Position numbers and translations under genes: made by a program. This document shows positions 13,127 through 25,771 of a stretch of 64,000 nucleotides of DNA, piece by piece. The notes under the pieces are model-generated. The model saw only the letters and a program-made list of their open reading frames with translations, was not told the origin of the DNA and made no database searches. Source of the stretch: Emiliania huxleyi CCMP1516. Taxonomy: Eukaryota. Location: the NCBI RefSeq assembly GCF_000372725.1, contig NW_005201851.1, positions 123,953 through 187,952 on the forward strand. The letters are read 5' to 3'. Within the stretch, counting starts at the first letter, position 1. The number at the start of each line of letters is the position of its first letter.

Positions 13127-14095
13127 CTCGACGAGCAGGTCCCGCTTGAAGGTGAAGGAGAGGCCCTTGGAGTGGTCGCGGCGGAGCACATCCAGCCAGG
13201 CCGCCTCCCGGGGCACACGCTTCATCTTCTTCAGCTCGGGAATGCAGTTTTGATACATCCGTTTCAAATAGAGCTCAAGAAGCTTCGCCGCGGTTGTGGC
13301 ATCGGCTGCGGAGCGCCGCAGCTCGAGGTACTCGCCGGCAGCGAGCGAGGCCAGCGCAGAGTACAGCCCGCATCGATCCTGCACCCCAACGTCGGCCAGA
13401 AGCGAGCAGCACTGCAGCCCGGCAATTTTCCTGTCTTTCGCTTTCATCACCAGCCCGTACAGCTGCACCGCCATCGCCTCGGTGAGCACGACCGCCCGCG
13501 GAAAGCTCCGCGTCCGCATCGCTTCGGCGAGGAGCCGCACGTCTGCGCTGCCCGGCGCGAAGGGCGCCGCATCGGCGGAGATCCAGTCGCCTCCTCCTCG
13601 CAGCCGACCAGCCTCCTGCAGCTCGCCGACCGCCCGCGCATAGGCCACCGCCGCCTCCACCGCCGTGCCGAAACTACCGATGTAGACATCCTTGCCATCC
13701 ACCTTGCGACGCGCCTCGAAGCGGCCAGAGGGGCGGTGCTTGCACACGCCACTGTAGCCGGCGTTGCTGCGGCTCGAGAGGTGCAGGCGCAAGCCCTCAG
13801 CCTCCGTGGCCACTGTCGGAGGCTGGTACTCGCCGACCGCCCGCGCATACGCCACCGCCGCCTCTACCGCCGTGTCGAAGTAGCCGAGGCTGACACTCCT
13901 CCCATTCACCATGTGCCGTGCCTGGAAGCGGCCAGAGGCCTGCTTGCGCACGCCCCTGTAGCCGGTGTTGCCGCTGCTCGAGAGGTGCAAGCGCAAGCCC
14001 TCCGCCTCCGTCGCGACCGCTGCCCCTTGAGGCTCGGATGCCGCCCGCCCCGGCTCGGACGCCGCGAGCGCTTCGGTACGCGAAGCCAGCGGCAT
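11987..14095 (-). CDS. Multi-AP2/ERF domain protein with C-terminal Cys/His (RIN13-like) zinc-binding motif
   Basis: Three EAEGLRLHLS..GYxGV..GRFxAR..GxxxTAVEAAVAYARAV AP2 domains. C-terminal PHQRALC..HPF..CPNCYCLICD..C..W..HCNA. Confidence 0.8.
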
Positions 14096-14185
14096 CAGTT
14101 CTGTGCGCGCAGAGCCAGCCCCGCCACGGTGGCGTCGGCGACAGCCACTGATTGCGAGAGCTGTGGCTCGCGCGAGCAGATCGGT

Positions 14186-14915
14186 GAAAAGAATTTTACA
14201 ACCGGTGAAAAGAATTTTACAACAAAACTCCCTCGCACGACACTGGGCACAGGACTGGGCACGGGACTGGCTCGCACTGGCACTAACACAGGTACACCAC
14301 GGGAGCCGCCTAAGCGACTCCGGCGAGGGTGGCGAGGCACTTAGCTCCGTGCACCCGCCCACCCCCGCCACAGGCAAGCTCATTCACGACCTGCTCTGCG
14401 ATTGCCGTGTGAAGAACGACTGAGATGCGCTGCTTCTGCAGCCCCAGCCAGCTCTTGGTGGTCCAAGTCACCTCATCGAGGTACTGGGCCCGCGTCAGCT
14501 TGTTCTGTAGTACGTCCGCCGCCTTCCTGAGGATCTCACGGACCCCCTTTCCGAACCCGCCGAACGATTCGAACAGCAGCAGCTGCACTTCGACGCCCTT
14601 GTCTTCCCTGGCGTAGCGATAGTCCCCGCCGTAGGACGGTATGCGGCGGTCGCCGCCCACCACCCTGCCCCCCCTGGTATGCCAGCGCCCGGTCCCTTGC
14701 CCTCTCTCGCCCTTGCTCTTCCTCTCCCCCTCAATGCCGCCCCCCCGGTACCCTTCCCCCCCCCCCCCTCTTCTTTTCCCCCCCCCTCCCCCTCCCCCCC
14801 CCCCCCCCCTTCCCCCCCTCCCCCTCCTCGCAGTAGGGCCCATGCCCCTCAACCATGTTCCGGTAGAATGATTCAGTGTTGCCGAAAGCGACAAAAGCGC
14901 CCTTCCGACGGTGAA
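14186..14915 (-). mobile_element. Non-autonomous derivative of an RLE-type (CRE-like) non-LTR element: endonuclease C-terminus plus 3' UTR
   Basis: Encodes LLLFESFGGFG...QRISVVLH, typical of the C-terminus of restriction-like endonucleases. The second copy at 25772-26647 shares the 5' segment, ORF and 3' UTR. Confidence 0.7.
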
Positions 14916-15159
14916 AAGATTTTCGGACTAAACTCGCTCGCACAACACTCCAGTCCGAGCCTGACTGTTCTTCACCTTCCTACATACATACATACAACAC
15001 TGGGCAAACGCTACAACGGCGACAGGCAGAGCTGTGGCTGAAAAGAAGAAAAATCTCGCTGGAATAAACAAAATTAAAGACAGAGAATGCTTGTGGTCTG
15101 CTATAGACCTCGCGTCTGCCTCTTCCTCTCTACTTGACATGCTGCACGTACGAGAAGGC

Positions 15160-15430
15160 CACTGTCGGAGGCAGGTACTCGCCGACCGCCCGCGCATACG
15201 CCACCGCCGCCTCTACCGCCGTGTCGAAGGTGCCGAGGAATGCCCTCCTTCCGCCCACCCTTTGCATCGCCCGGAAGCGGCCAGAGGCCTGCTTGAACAC
15301 GCCCTTGTACCCGGTGCTGTTGCTGGAGAGGTGCAAGCGCAAGCCCTCCGCACCAGCCACTGTCGGAGGCTGGTACTCGCCGACCGCCCGCGCGTACGCC
15401 GCCGCCGCCTCCACCGCCGTGCCGAAGGGC
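15160..15430 (-). pseudogene. Truncated AP2-repeat gene fragment
   Basis: About 1.3 AP2 units closely similar to 13790-14010, lacking start and C-terminus. Confidence 0.7.
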
Positions 15431-16199
15431 CGTCTCGGGGCAGGTCCGTCTCGAATGGATAGCCCTGGGCTCGGCCGGTTGGCTCGGCTAGCACGAACGT
15501 GGGGACGTGTAACGACTCGACACGGGTGGGCGAGAGCTTGAGATAGTCTAGCCGCCTCGAGAGAGGTTGCCCTGCTTAGTGGGGCGGAACCCTGCGAACA
15601 GGTGCACCAGGGTTCTCTGAATCGTACCCTGGGCGAGCAAGGGAAGTGGTTAGGAGTCTGGGGCCCAGAGAGGATTGTCGAGATGGCATGCGAGAGCGGT
15701 GGGCGAAGGTGGCGCGGCTGGAGGTGGGCGAAGGTGGCGCGGCTGGCGGGTGGTGTCCGAGGGACGATGATGAGTTGTCAGTTGGGGCGCGAGCACGCGC
15801 GGGGTTCATACTACACAGGGTGCTGATTGTGAGCTGTGCTATGCCTGCAGGTTTTTTTTCGACTCCCTCCTCGTCTCGCCCTGCGCGTTAGCTCCGCCTC
15901 CCCGTCGTCTGCCCTGCGTCGTCTGGCGACTGGTCCTCGGTTGAGGTCGCCGCCCTCCTCGTGCCTCTTCCCATACCCAACGTTCCCTCGGCGGCCGATG
16001 CCGCGTCTGCTCCCGCGGCTCCCCGGGTCTGCCCTGCTCTCGTCTGCGCTAGTTTCTATTTATTGTCATCACCGGCGTGTCCACAGGTGTGCGCGTAAAA
16101 GATTCATTATTTTCCTCTTTCCGCGCACACACCTGTAGCACGCGCCCGATACTCCATCTCGCTCCGCGGGCCGGTGGGTCTCATGCTTCTCAACGAGAC

Positions 16200-19100
16200 A
16201 TGGCTAAAGCCGTATCCGTGCAGCGTGCGCTACGCAGCTCTATGCTCCTGGGGCGGATAAGCGGCGCCACGCAAGGCGTGGGGCAGCGGCGCCGCCTCCC
16301 CCCCGGCCGGATCGGCGGCAGCCGAGGCGCCGCCCCCCTCCGCGCCGCCTCCCTCCGCACTGCCTGCCCCCGCGACGCCGCCTGCCGCCTCGCCGACGCC
16401 CCCCCCGGCGAGGAACTCCTCGCCACCAGCCTCCGCCTGCTCCGCCGCGCGCCTCGCTAGCCGCGCAGTCACCTCGTCAAGCTGCGCCAGGGCCGCGACC
16501 CTCGCCTCCGCCGTCTCCCCCAGCGCCGCACCCGCCTCCGCAGCCGCCGCCTCCGCAGCCCCATCGGCCGCCGTCAGAGCGGCGAGGCGAGCGGCGGCGA
16601 CTTGCGGGGCGGCGGCCTGCGGGGCGGCGGCCTGCGCCGACGCCACCCCCGCCCTCGCCTCCGCCGCCGCTGCCGCCGCCGCCGCCCTCGCGCGCAAGTC
16701 CGCGACCGCAAGCCCCTCGAGGGTCGAGTCGCCCTGCCGCGCCGCCAGCAGTCCGGCGTCGGCGAGTCGCAGGCGCCTCGTTGGTAATCACGCATAGTTA
16801 GCCCTCCACACAGACTGTGCGCTCAGACGGCGTCCGGCGAGACGCAAACGCCTCTCCAGCGTCGCGCGCTCGTCGCCCGACGCGCCGACCGCCGCGCGGG
16901 CGAGGTTGTCGCGCACCCGCTGCAACCGCGCGCTCGTCATGCCCCGCCGGTTGAGCGCCTGCTCTTGGACACGAGCGAGACTCAGCAGTCACAAACCAGC
17001 TCCAGCCCGCCGTGGCACGAAGGTTGAGCGCTCCTGTGATGGCTTACGAACGCGTCACGAGTCCATCATACAGCTCGCCATGCCCGGCGGGCAATGCGCC
17101 TCGTTGAGACGCGTCCCCTCCGCGAGCAGAGCGGCCTATTCACCGCCGCGAGCGTGAAGAGACGCCGTTCACACCCTCCCCGCCCGGCCACCTGCGAGAG
17201 CAAAAGAGGCCGACACAGAAGCCGCCTCCACCGTGGCTGGCGGGGAGTCTGCCCGCCTGTTCACACCGAAGCTGTGAAGAGCCGCCGTTCACACACAAGA
17301 CTGCGTCGTGCAGCGCGGAGAGCTCGGCCGCCCCAACGCCGGCGACTCCGCGAACCGCTGCTCGGCCGCTCGCGGCGGCGGCGGCGTTGCGAACGGCGGC
17401 TGCGGCTGCGGCTGCGGCGGCTGCTGCGGCTGCTGCGGCTGCGGTGGCTGCGGCGGCTGCTGCGGCTGCTGCGGCTGCTGCTGCGGCTGCTGCTGCGGCT
17501 GCGGTGGCTGCGGCGGCTGCTGCGGCTGCTGCGGCTGCTGCTGCGGCTGCTGCTGCGGCTGCTGCTGCGGCCGCGGCGGCCGGGGCGGCAAGGGTTCCTG
17601 AGGAAGCTGGCCGTTGTCGTCGTCCCGCAAGTACTCGGCGCGAAAGTCAGCCTATGGGACAGGTCCGTGAAGGGGAGCTCCCCGAGGAGGCTCGAGCGGC
17701 TGCCCCGCGGGTACTCGGTGCGGAAGTCGGCCCAGAGCAGCAGCATGGCGACCAGCGGCGCGACGGCGAGCTCCGCGGCGAGGCGCGCCTATTCACAGCA
17801 GCTGCTGTGAAGAGGCGCCGTTCACAGCGGAGGGACGGCGAGCTCCGCGGCGAGGCGCGCCGCCGCTCGCAGCGTCAGCAGCGGGTAGAGGAGGGCACGC
17901 CCTCCGCCTCCTCCGCCTCCTCCGCCTCCTCCGCCTCCTCCGCCCCCGCCCCCTTGGCGCGCGCCGGTGCCGAGCCGGTGGCGCAGCGCGCACAAGAGGG
18001 AGACGGCGAGGGCAGAGAGGGCGAAGACGCCGAGCAGGAGCAGCGGGAGGGGGAGCGCGTCCTCCGACAGGAGCCTGTTCCTTCATTACACACCGTTCAA
18101 CAGCAGTGATGGGCGGTGCGGCACAACCGTCCGACAAGCGCCTGTCCACTCAAAACGAGCAGTCAAGAACTGGCTAACGGTGGTGCCGCACAGCATCCTC
18201 CGACAGGCGCCGCGAAGTCGCCCGCCCCACCGCCGCCAGCAGCGCACCGATGCTGCCGGGCGGCGGCGGCGCGGCGGGGTTCGCGAGCAGTGCGTGGCCG
18301 ATGTCATATGAGGCGAGCGCGCCTAGAAGTAGTCCGTCTTGATGAAGGAGTCACTCCTCGATTAGCTGTCCCCCCGAGGTCGTATGAGGCGAGCGCGCCG
18401 CCGTCGTAGAGCACGAGCGCCGTCGGCGCGGCGTCGGGGCCGGAGCCTGCCACCGCAGGCAGCAGCAGCATCGCGAGGGGCTCGGCGCCTGTGCGGATGA
18501 GACGGAAGGGGTGCATCTCGGCTGTGCCTCTCGCTGCACCTCGGCTGCCTCTCTGCTACGTTCTGCTGTCTCTCTGCTGCCTCTCTGCTGCCTCTCTGCT
18601 GCCTCTCTGCTGCCTCTCTGCTGCCTCTCTGCTGCCTCTCTGCTGCCTCTCTGCTGCCTCTCTGCTGCCTCTCGGCTGCCTCTCGGCTGCATCTCGGCTA
18701 AGCCTCGCCCGCCAGCGCCTCCACCGCCGGCAGAATCGCCGTCTGCAGCCGCCAGGAGTCTGACGCGTCGACCTCGGCGGCCGCCCCCTCCCCCTCCGCC
18801 CCGCCCCCGCCCCCCGCCCCCGCCCCCTCTCTCCCCAGACCCGCCTCCGCCTCCCTTGCGCCGCCCTCCTCCTCCGCCAGCCTCGCCTCCTCCTCCTCCT
18901 CCACCTCCGCCTCCACCTCCGCCTCCTCCGCCGCCGCCTCCTCCGCCGCCTCCGCCTCCTCCTCCGCCTCCTCCCCCCCCTCCTCCGCCTCCTCCGCCTT
19001 CTCCGCCTCCGCCGCCTCCGCCTCCTCCGCCTCTGCCTCCAGCCCGAACCACCACAGCGCCCAGCGGCGCCACCTCCTCCACGCCCGCCCCACGAGCCGA

Positions 19101-22100
19101 GCGTGCCTAACGGCAACAGCGACAAGACATCGCGATCAGCGAGCGATCAACAGCCTGCCGCCGCGAGCCGCGAGCGCCTGAGGACAATGGCGGTGATTCG
19201 TTCTCAACGATGACCCATTCACACCCGCCCCCAGCGAGCCGGCCGAGCCTAGGCGAGACGCGAGCCGCATAAAAAAAGAAAACGCGGCCGTGCCAAGCAC
19301 CACCGCGCGGGGGATTTGGGAGCGCCAAGTGGCGCCAGACGCCGCGGCACGCGCCGCCGCGCCGCCCTCCCCCCTCGCCATCGCCTCCTCGAGCGCCGCC
19401 GCCGCGGCGAACGCGGCGGAGGCGGCGGAGGCGTTGAGCGAGAGGAGGAGGACCGCGTGCGGCGAGAGCAGCAGCGCGATCTGCGGCGCGGCCCCTACAG
19501 TCATGCCCCGTCAGCCGCTCCAGCCCGGCTGCGGACTCCTCACTCTGCCGCGGTCTGCGGGGCGGCTCCGTGGGCGAGCAGCGTGAAGGAGGAGGCGGCG
19601 ACGCCTAAGGGAAGAGAGCCGTGAAACAAAGGCCGGGCGACGGCAGCGTGAAGGAGGAGGCGGCGACGCCGTCGATCTCGAGCTCGAGCATACCCATGCC
19701 TGTAGGGAAGGCTGCGAGGCGGTTCAGGGAAGGCTCCTCCTCAATCTCCAGCCCGAGCATGCCCGTGCCGGTTAGCGTGGCCACGCTGTGACCGTGCGCG
19801 ACGGCGACGTGCTCGCCTGTTCACAGCCGGCAGGTGCGAAGCGGCGCCGTTCACACCGCGCGTGTGCCTCGGCCGTATCTCGCGCGTATCTCGGCTACAT
19901 CTCGCCGTCGGCAGACCCCCCCACGAGAGGACTCGCCGCCCCCGCCGCCTCGCCCGCCGCGCCGCCTCGCGAGCGCTGCGCCGCAGTTGTCGTCACCGCG
20001 CGGAGGACCCAGCCCCGCACCTGTTCACAGCTAGAGGTGTGAAGAGACGCTGTTCACAGCCGTCGTGGAGGACCCAGCCCCGCACCGGTTCGCAAGCCGG
20101 GAGCAGGCGGCGGGCTGGCGGCAGGCACCTGCGATGGTGAGAACATGGACACCTCCAAAGGCCCAGGGTTCCACAGCTAACTGTGGACAGCGTCATCTCT
20201 TCTAACTTCTCTCGATCCTACAAAGGGCGGGGACAGTACAGTATGGGATGTCTGTTCAGCAACAGCTCAGGCCCGTGCGGCTGTCGCGTGAGGCGGTGTG
20301 CGGTTGGCACGTGCCATTGGAGGTGTCTAGGAAGTGTCTAGGAAGTGTCTAGGAAGTGTCTAGGAAGTGTCTAGGAGGTGTCTAGGAGGTGTCTAGGAGG
20401 TGTCTAGGAAGTGTCTAGGAAGTGTCTAGGAAGTGTCTAGGAAGTGTCTAGGAAGTGTCCAGGCAGGCACCATGCAGGCGGCGCCCTGGCCCCTGGAGAG
20501 AGAAGGCGGACACGCAGACCCTCATCGCCGCCTGACTAGTTCATGGAGCAACACTCACTCACTGAGCCGCGGGAGTCACCCCTCGCCTCCCCTCCCCGCC
20601 GCCGTCGCCGTCGCCGCCGCCCGCGGGCGCAAGAACTTCGCCGACGAGAACCGACGCGTCCATCCGCCGCCGCCGCCGGTCCATCTCCACGCGCGCGGTC
20701 TCGAGGCCTGTCCAGCGGCGCGGGGGGGTGAGCGCAGCAGCCCCAAGCTCCACGCCGCAGCTCCACTCTCGAGGTCTCGCCTCCTCCTCCCCGCCCTCGC
20801 CGCGCGCTTGCCTCGAGACCCCCCTCGCCGCGAAGTTTAGGTTGTTGGTGTGGTCTTGCCGTCTTTTTTTTCTGTAGCCTAAGTTACTGTGCCCGGCTTT
20901 GTCAATTTTCATTTGACGTTTGTTCTGTTTGGGGCNNNNNNNNNNNNNNNNNNNNNNNNNNNNNNNNNNNNNNNNNNNNNNNNNNNNNNNNNNNNNNNNN
21001 NNNNNNNNNNNNNNNNNNNNNNNNNNNNNNNNNNNNNNNNNNNNNNNNNNNNNNNNNNNNNNNNNNNNNNNNNNNNNNNNNNNNNNNNNNNNNNNNNNNN
21101 NNNNNNNNNNNNNNNNNNNNNNNNNNNNNNNNNNNNNNNNNNNNNNNNNNNNNNNNNNNNNNNNNNNNNNNNNNNNNNNNNNNNNNNNNNNNNNNNNNNN
21201 NNNNNNNNNNNNNNNNNNNNNNNNNNNNNNNNNNNNNNNNNNNNNNNNNNNNNNNNNNNNNNNNNNNNNNNNNNNNNNNNNNNNNNNNNNNNNNNNNNNN
21301 NNNNNNNNNNNNNNNNNNNNNNNNNNNNNNNNNNNNNNNNNNNNNNNNNNNNNNNNNNNNNNNNNNNNNNNNNNNNNNNNNNNNNNNNNNNNNNNNNNNN
21401 NNNNNNNNNNNNNNNNNNNNNNNNNNNNNNNNNNNNNNNNNNNNNNNNNNNNNNNNNNNNNNNNNNNNNNNNNNNNNNNNNNNNNNNNNNNNNNNNNNNN
21501 NNNNNNNNNNNNNNNNNNNNNNNNNNNNNNNNNNNNNNNNNNNNNNNNNNNNNNNNNNNNNNNNNNNNNNNNNNNNNNNNNNNNNNNNNNNNNNNNNNNN
21601 NNNNNNNNNNNNNNNNNNNNNNNNNNNNNNNNNNNNNNNNNNNNNNNNNNNNNNNNNNNNNNNNNNNNNNNNNNNNNNNNNNNNNNNNNNNNNNNNNNNN
21701 NNNNNNNNNNNNAAGGATTGTGAGCAGCACTCCTCGCAATAGTAGCATCTTTGGGATTGTGAGCCCTTACGCTCGCAATCCTACATCTTCTAGGACTAAG
21801 AGCAGCTCCGCTCACAATGTGACTGGTGACGCCTACGACTACTACCAGCGCGCTCACAATCCGAGCAAGCTCTAGGGTTGCGAGCAGCTTAGCTCACAAT
21901 CCTAGCAACATGCCTTCGATTTCGAGCAAAAGCGCTCGCAATCCTAGAACTTTCGCCGATTGCGAGCGACAACGCCCACAGTCCTACGACTTCTAGGATT
22001 GCGAGCGGGTCCCCTCGCAATCGGTGCGATCACTGTTTGGATTGTGAGGAGACCCTCCCGGCGCGCTCACTCACAAGCGCTCGCGGCTGGAGCGATTGGG

Positions 22101-24074
22101 AGCGCCCTCTGTGCGAGGGCTATAGCAGTCCTTGGATCTTTGGTACGATGGTGAGCGCAGCCGCTCATAGTCCTACACGGATGGAGGACACGCGCAACGG
22201 CGGCTACTGCTCCGACGACATGCAGCGCGAGCTCAGTGACCGGGGAGCCGCGCGCCAGCAGCAGGTCCTCGTGCGGCGGCGGCGCCTAAGAATCGGCACA
22301 AGTCCTCTCGCGCCATCTCGCGCCATCTCGCGCCATCTCGCGCCATCTCGCCCCATCTCGCCCCATCTCGCGCCATCTCCACCGCCGCCTCCTCGCCGCG
22401 GGCAACGCTTTGGCGCACGGCGCCTCATCTCGGCCATTCTCGCGCCCTCGGCATGGCTCGGCCTCGGAAGCATCTCGGCCAGATCTCGGCAGATCTCGGC
22501 CAGATCTCGGCTAGATCTCGGCTAGATCTCGCCGTGGCGGCCGAGGCAGCGCCAGCCGCCGCACACGGCGAGGCGTGCGGCGTGAAGATGCGGACAGCCC
22601 AATCCTCCGCCTCGCCGCGCGAGACGCGGTAGGCAGCGCCTGCCGGAGAAGAGTATGATACATACACCACAATACTTCTCCTTCTTCTTCTTCTTATATC
22701 ATTCTTATATCATTCATATGTTGCAGTGTGGTCGGCGCCGGTGAGGGATCCGTCGGCGGCGAAGGAGAGCAGCTCTCCTGCGAGTGAAGGAGACACACAC
22801 GGGTGTTATAAGACAGTCCATTAAGGTAACCTTAAGGTACGTATTAGGCGGAGGAGGAGAGCAGCTCTCCTGGCCCGGGCAGCTCGTCACTCCAGAGCAG
22901 CGACCAGCCGCCGCCACGCAAGTACGGCAAGCCGGAGGGCGCAGCGAGGGCGGCGCGCGCCTGTTGATTGGTGAGTGGCCGAGAGGAATGACCATTCAAC
23001 ACACAATTGGTGGGTGCACAGCGAAGGCGGCGCGCGCCTGTTGGTTGATGGAGTCTGTAGAGAAACAACCGTCCTCGGTATCTCGTCAGTATTGGCCATC
23101 GGCAGGCAGGCGCAGCGAGGGCGGCGCGCGCCTGATGATCACGATGTGGACAGCCGACTAACAACCGCTCAGCAGACACTGGCAGGCGGGCGCAGCGAGG
23201 GCGAGGGCTCGCGCCTCGCCCGCCAGCAGTCTCAACAGCGCCCCGTCGCCGCCCTCGCCCGCCGTCCGCAGCAGCGCGTCTCGCAGCGGCGGCCTGGAGG
23301 GCGGAGGAGCGAAGGAGGAGGCCGGACGGGCCCAGACCTGCGAACGCTGATCGTTAGGGTGGGTGTTGAGTGGTTATGGCTGGGGGCCGGCTGAGATGAG
23401 GCAGAGAGGAGCCGAGAGGAGGCAGAGAGGAGCCGAGAGGAAGCCGAGAGGAGTCGAGATGAGCCGAGAGGAGCCGAGAGGAGCCGAGAGGAGCCGAGAG
23501 GAGTCGAGATGAGCCGAGAGGAGGCCGAGAGGAGCCGAGAGGAGGCCGAGAGGAGCCGAGAGGAGACGAGAGGAGCCGAGAGGAGCCGAGCCCAGACCTC
23601 GACACGGCCGACCAGAGGCTCTGCCGCCTCCGCCCGCCCTCGCCTCGCTCCCAGGCTCCCTCGACCGCCTCCCTTCTCCGCGCGCGCCGCCGCCGCCACC
23701 CTCCGCCGCAGGAGGGTGACGGTGAGCATGTCGACTCCGCCGCAGGCCGGAGCGTGGCAGAGGGCCAAGTGTGGCGTAGCGGACGCATCGAGCGAAGAGA
23801 GGGCCGCGGCCTTGTCGTCGCGGCCGCCACCGCCACCGCCGCTGTCGTCGGCATCGCAGCTGTGCGCCGCTGGCGCTGCGTCCCGACCCTCTTCGGAAGG
23901 GCCAAGCAGCCACTCTGCGAGCAGCGGCGCCAGAGGCGGGATCGCGACGCTGTCCAGCGGAGGGTCGTGAGGCAGCCCGATGGCAATGAGTGTGGCCGGC
24001 GTGCTGACGCCGCCGAGCCACGGCAGGCAGACAACGACGATACAGAGGGCGAGGAAGAGCAGGCGGAGGATCAT
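16200..24074 (-). CDS. Large multi-exon hypothetical membrane/secreted protein; may be two genes; spans an assembly gap
   Basis: Signal-like start MILRLLFLALCIVVVCLPW at 24074 and hydrophobic exon LPLLLLGVFALSALAVSLLC near 18000. Many same-strand GT/GC-AG introns with satellites. No family recognised. Confidence 0.35.
21713..22176. repeat. Array of ~39-41 bp degenerate palindromic units (consensus TAGGATTGYGAGC-N6-GCTCRCAATCCTA)
   Basis: At least 8 consecutive units plus degenerate ones; begins at the gap edge. Confidence 0.8.
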
Positions 24075-24207
24075 CCGCGGGTCAGAGTACCGGAACCGCA
24101 AATTCTTTTCTTTGTTTTAGGTGTGTTGTTGGCAAATCAAGACACAATCTTTTCTGGGTGGGGTAGGTGCTCTACAATTGCACCGAGTTTCATTTCTTTT
24201 CCTCGCG

Positions 24208-25677
24208 ATGTCCACCCTGCCGCGCCGCCGCTCGCGCCGCCTCGCCCCCGCCTCCACCGCCGCCGCCTCTTCAGACACGCCGCCGCCCGCCCGCCTCCTC
24301 GATCTCCCCACGGACCTCCTCCTGCGCGTCCTCTCCCGCTGCGACCCCGCCGACATCGCTCGCGTCGCGGCCGTCTCGCTGCTCTTTCACGCCTCGCTTG
24401 CGGTGGAGGCCATCCGCTTGTGGGCGCAAGAGCGCGGCTTCGAGCTGCCGGCGCTGCCAGTGGGCGAGAGCTGCGCCGTGCGGTGGCTGTGTCTCGCTGC
24501 GTTGCTGCGCGAGTCCAACCCGCCGGCGAGGGCGGCAGCAGGTGAGCATCACAGCCTCTTCATTGACGGCGAGGGGCGGCTCTCGTCGTGCGGCAAGATG
24601 TCCTGGATGTCAGGGCTGCTTGGCCACGGTGAGGGTGTGGCGCAGCTCAACACGCCGACCCGCCTCCCCTCGACGTTGGGCGACGAGCGCGCCGTGAGTG
24701 TGTCGGTTGGATACAGCCACAGCCTCGCCCTCACCGCCGCCGGCAGCGTCTGGAGCTGGGGCAGTGGACACGGTGGCAAGCTGGGCCACGGAGACCAGCA
24801 GGACCGGCCGCAGCCGAAGAAGGTTGAGGCCTTTGCGGGTCGGCGCGTCGTCGCCGTGTTGGCTGGTACCGCTCACAGCCTCGCCATCACCGCCGACGGA
24901 GCCGTCTGGAGCTGGGGCTATGGCTACAATGGCAAGCTGGGCCACGGCGACGAGCAGCACCAGCTGCTGCCAAAGAAGGTCGAGGCCTTGGCGGGGCAGC
25001 GTGTCGTCGCTGTGACGGCTGGAGACCACCACAGCCTCGCCCTCACCGCCGGCGGTGCAGTGTGGAGCTGGGGCTCGGGAGCCGATGGCCAGTTAGGCCA
25101 CGGCGACCGGCAGCGCCAGCTGCTGCCAAAGAAGTTCGAGGCGTTGGCTGGCCAGCGCTTCGTCGCTGTGTCGGCCGGAGGCACCCACTGCCTTGCCCTC
25201 ACTGCCGACGGAGCCTTCTGGAGCTGGGGCTATGGAGCCTATGGCCGGCTGGGCCACGGCGACACGCAGACCCAGCTGCTGCCAAAGAAGATCGTGGCGT
25301 TCGCAGGGCGGCGCATCGTCGCTTTGTCGGCTGGAGAGCACCACAGTATCGCCCTCACCGCCGACGGCGCCGTCTGGAGCTGGGGCTATGGACGCTTTGG
25401 CCAGCTGGGCCACGGCGACCAGCAGAACCAGCTGCTGCCAAAGAAGATCGAGGCCTTTGCTGGGCGGCGCGTCGTCGCTGTGTCGGCTGGAGCCGGGTTC
25501 GGCCTCGCCCTCACCGCCGACAGCGCCGTCTTTACCTGGGGCCAGGGCGACCACGCCTGCCTAGGCCACGGAGATGACCTGTCGGACCAGCTGCTGCCCA
25601 AGAAGATCGAGGCGTGGGGCGTGGTCGCCGGGGCTGTGAGGCGAAGGGCAGGTGATCCACCGTGCCCAGGGTCGTGA
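24208..25677 (+). CDS. F-box + RCC1-repeat beta-propeller protein, paralog 1, intronless
   Basis: LLDLPTDLLLRVLSRCDPADIARVAAVS F-box-like motif followed by 7 RCC1 repeats (VSAGxxHSLALTADGAVWSWGxGxxGxLGHGD). Confidence 0.9.
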   Translation: MSTLPRRRSRRLAPASTAAASSDTPPPARLLDLPTDLLLRVLSRCDPADIARVAAVSLLFHASLAVEAIRLWAQERGFELPALPVGESCAVRWLCLAALLRESNPPARAAAGEHHSLFIDGEGRLSSCGKMSWMSGLLGHGEGVAQLNTPTRLPSTLGDERAVSVSVGYSHSLALTAAGSVWSWGSGHGGKLGHGDQQDRPQPKKVEAFAGRRVVAVLAGTAHSLAITADGAVWSWGYGYNGKLGHGDEQHQLLPKKVEALAGQRVVAVTAGDHHSLALTAGGAVWSWGSGADGQLGHGDRQRQLLPKKFEALAGQRFVAVSAGGTHCLALTADGAFWSWGYGAYGRLGHGDTQTQLLPKKIVAFAGRRIVALSAGEHHSIALTADGAVWSWGYGRFGQLGHGDQQNQLLPKKIEAFAGRRVVAVSAGAGFGLALTADSAVFTWGQGDHACLGHGDDLSDQLLPKKIEAWGVVAGAVRRRAGDPPCPGS

Positions 25678-25771
25678 GAGGGAACCTTGAGAGGGAGCTT
25701 GGTTGTAAAATTCTTATTAATTCTAATTCTTGTAAAGTTCTAATTCTTTTTTATTAAATTCTTTTAAACGC

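Noticed and set aside
20559..21875. ORFs spanning poly-X
   Set aside because: Artefacts of the N-gap
21713..22176. CRISPR array or lac-operator vector contamination (ATTGTGAGC core)
   Set aside because: Repeats are degenerate, variable parts are only 5-10 nt, there are no cas genes, and no lac promoter or vector backbone context
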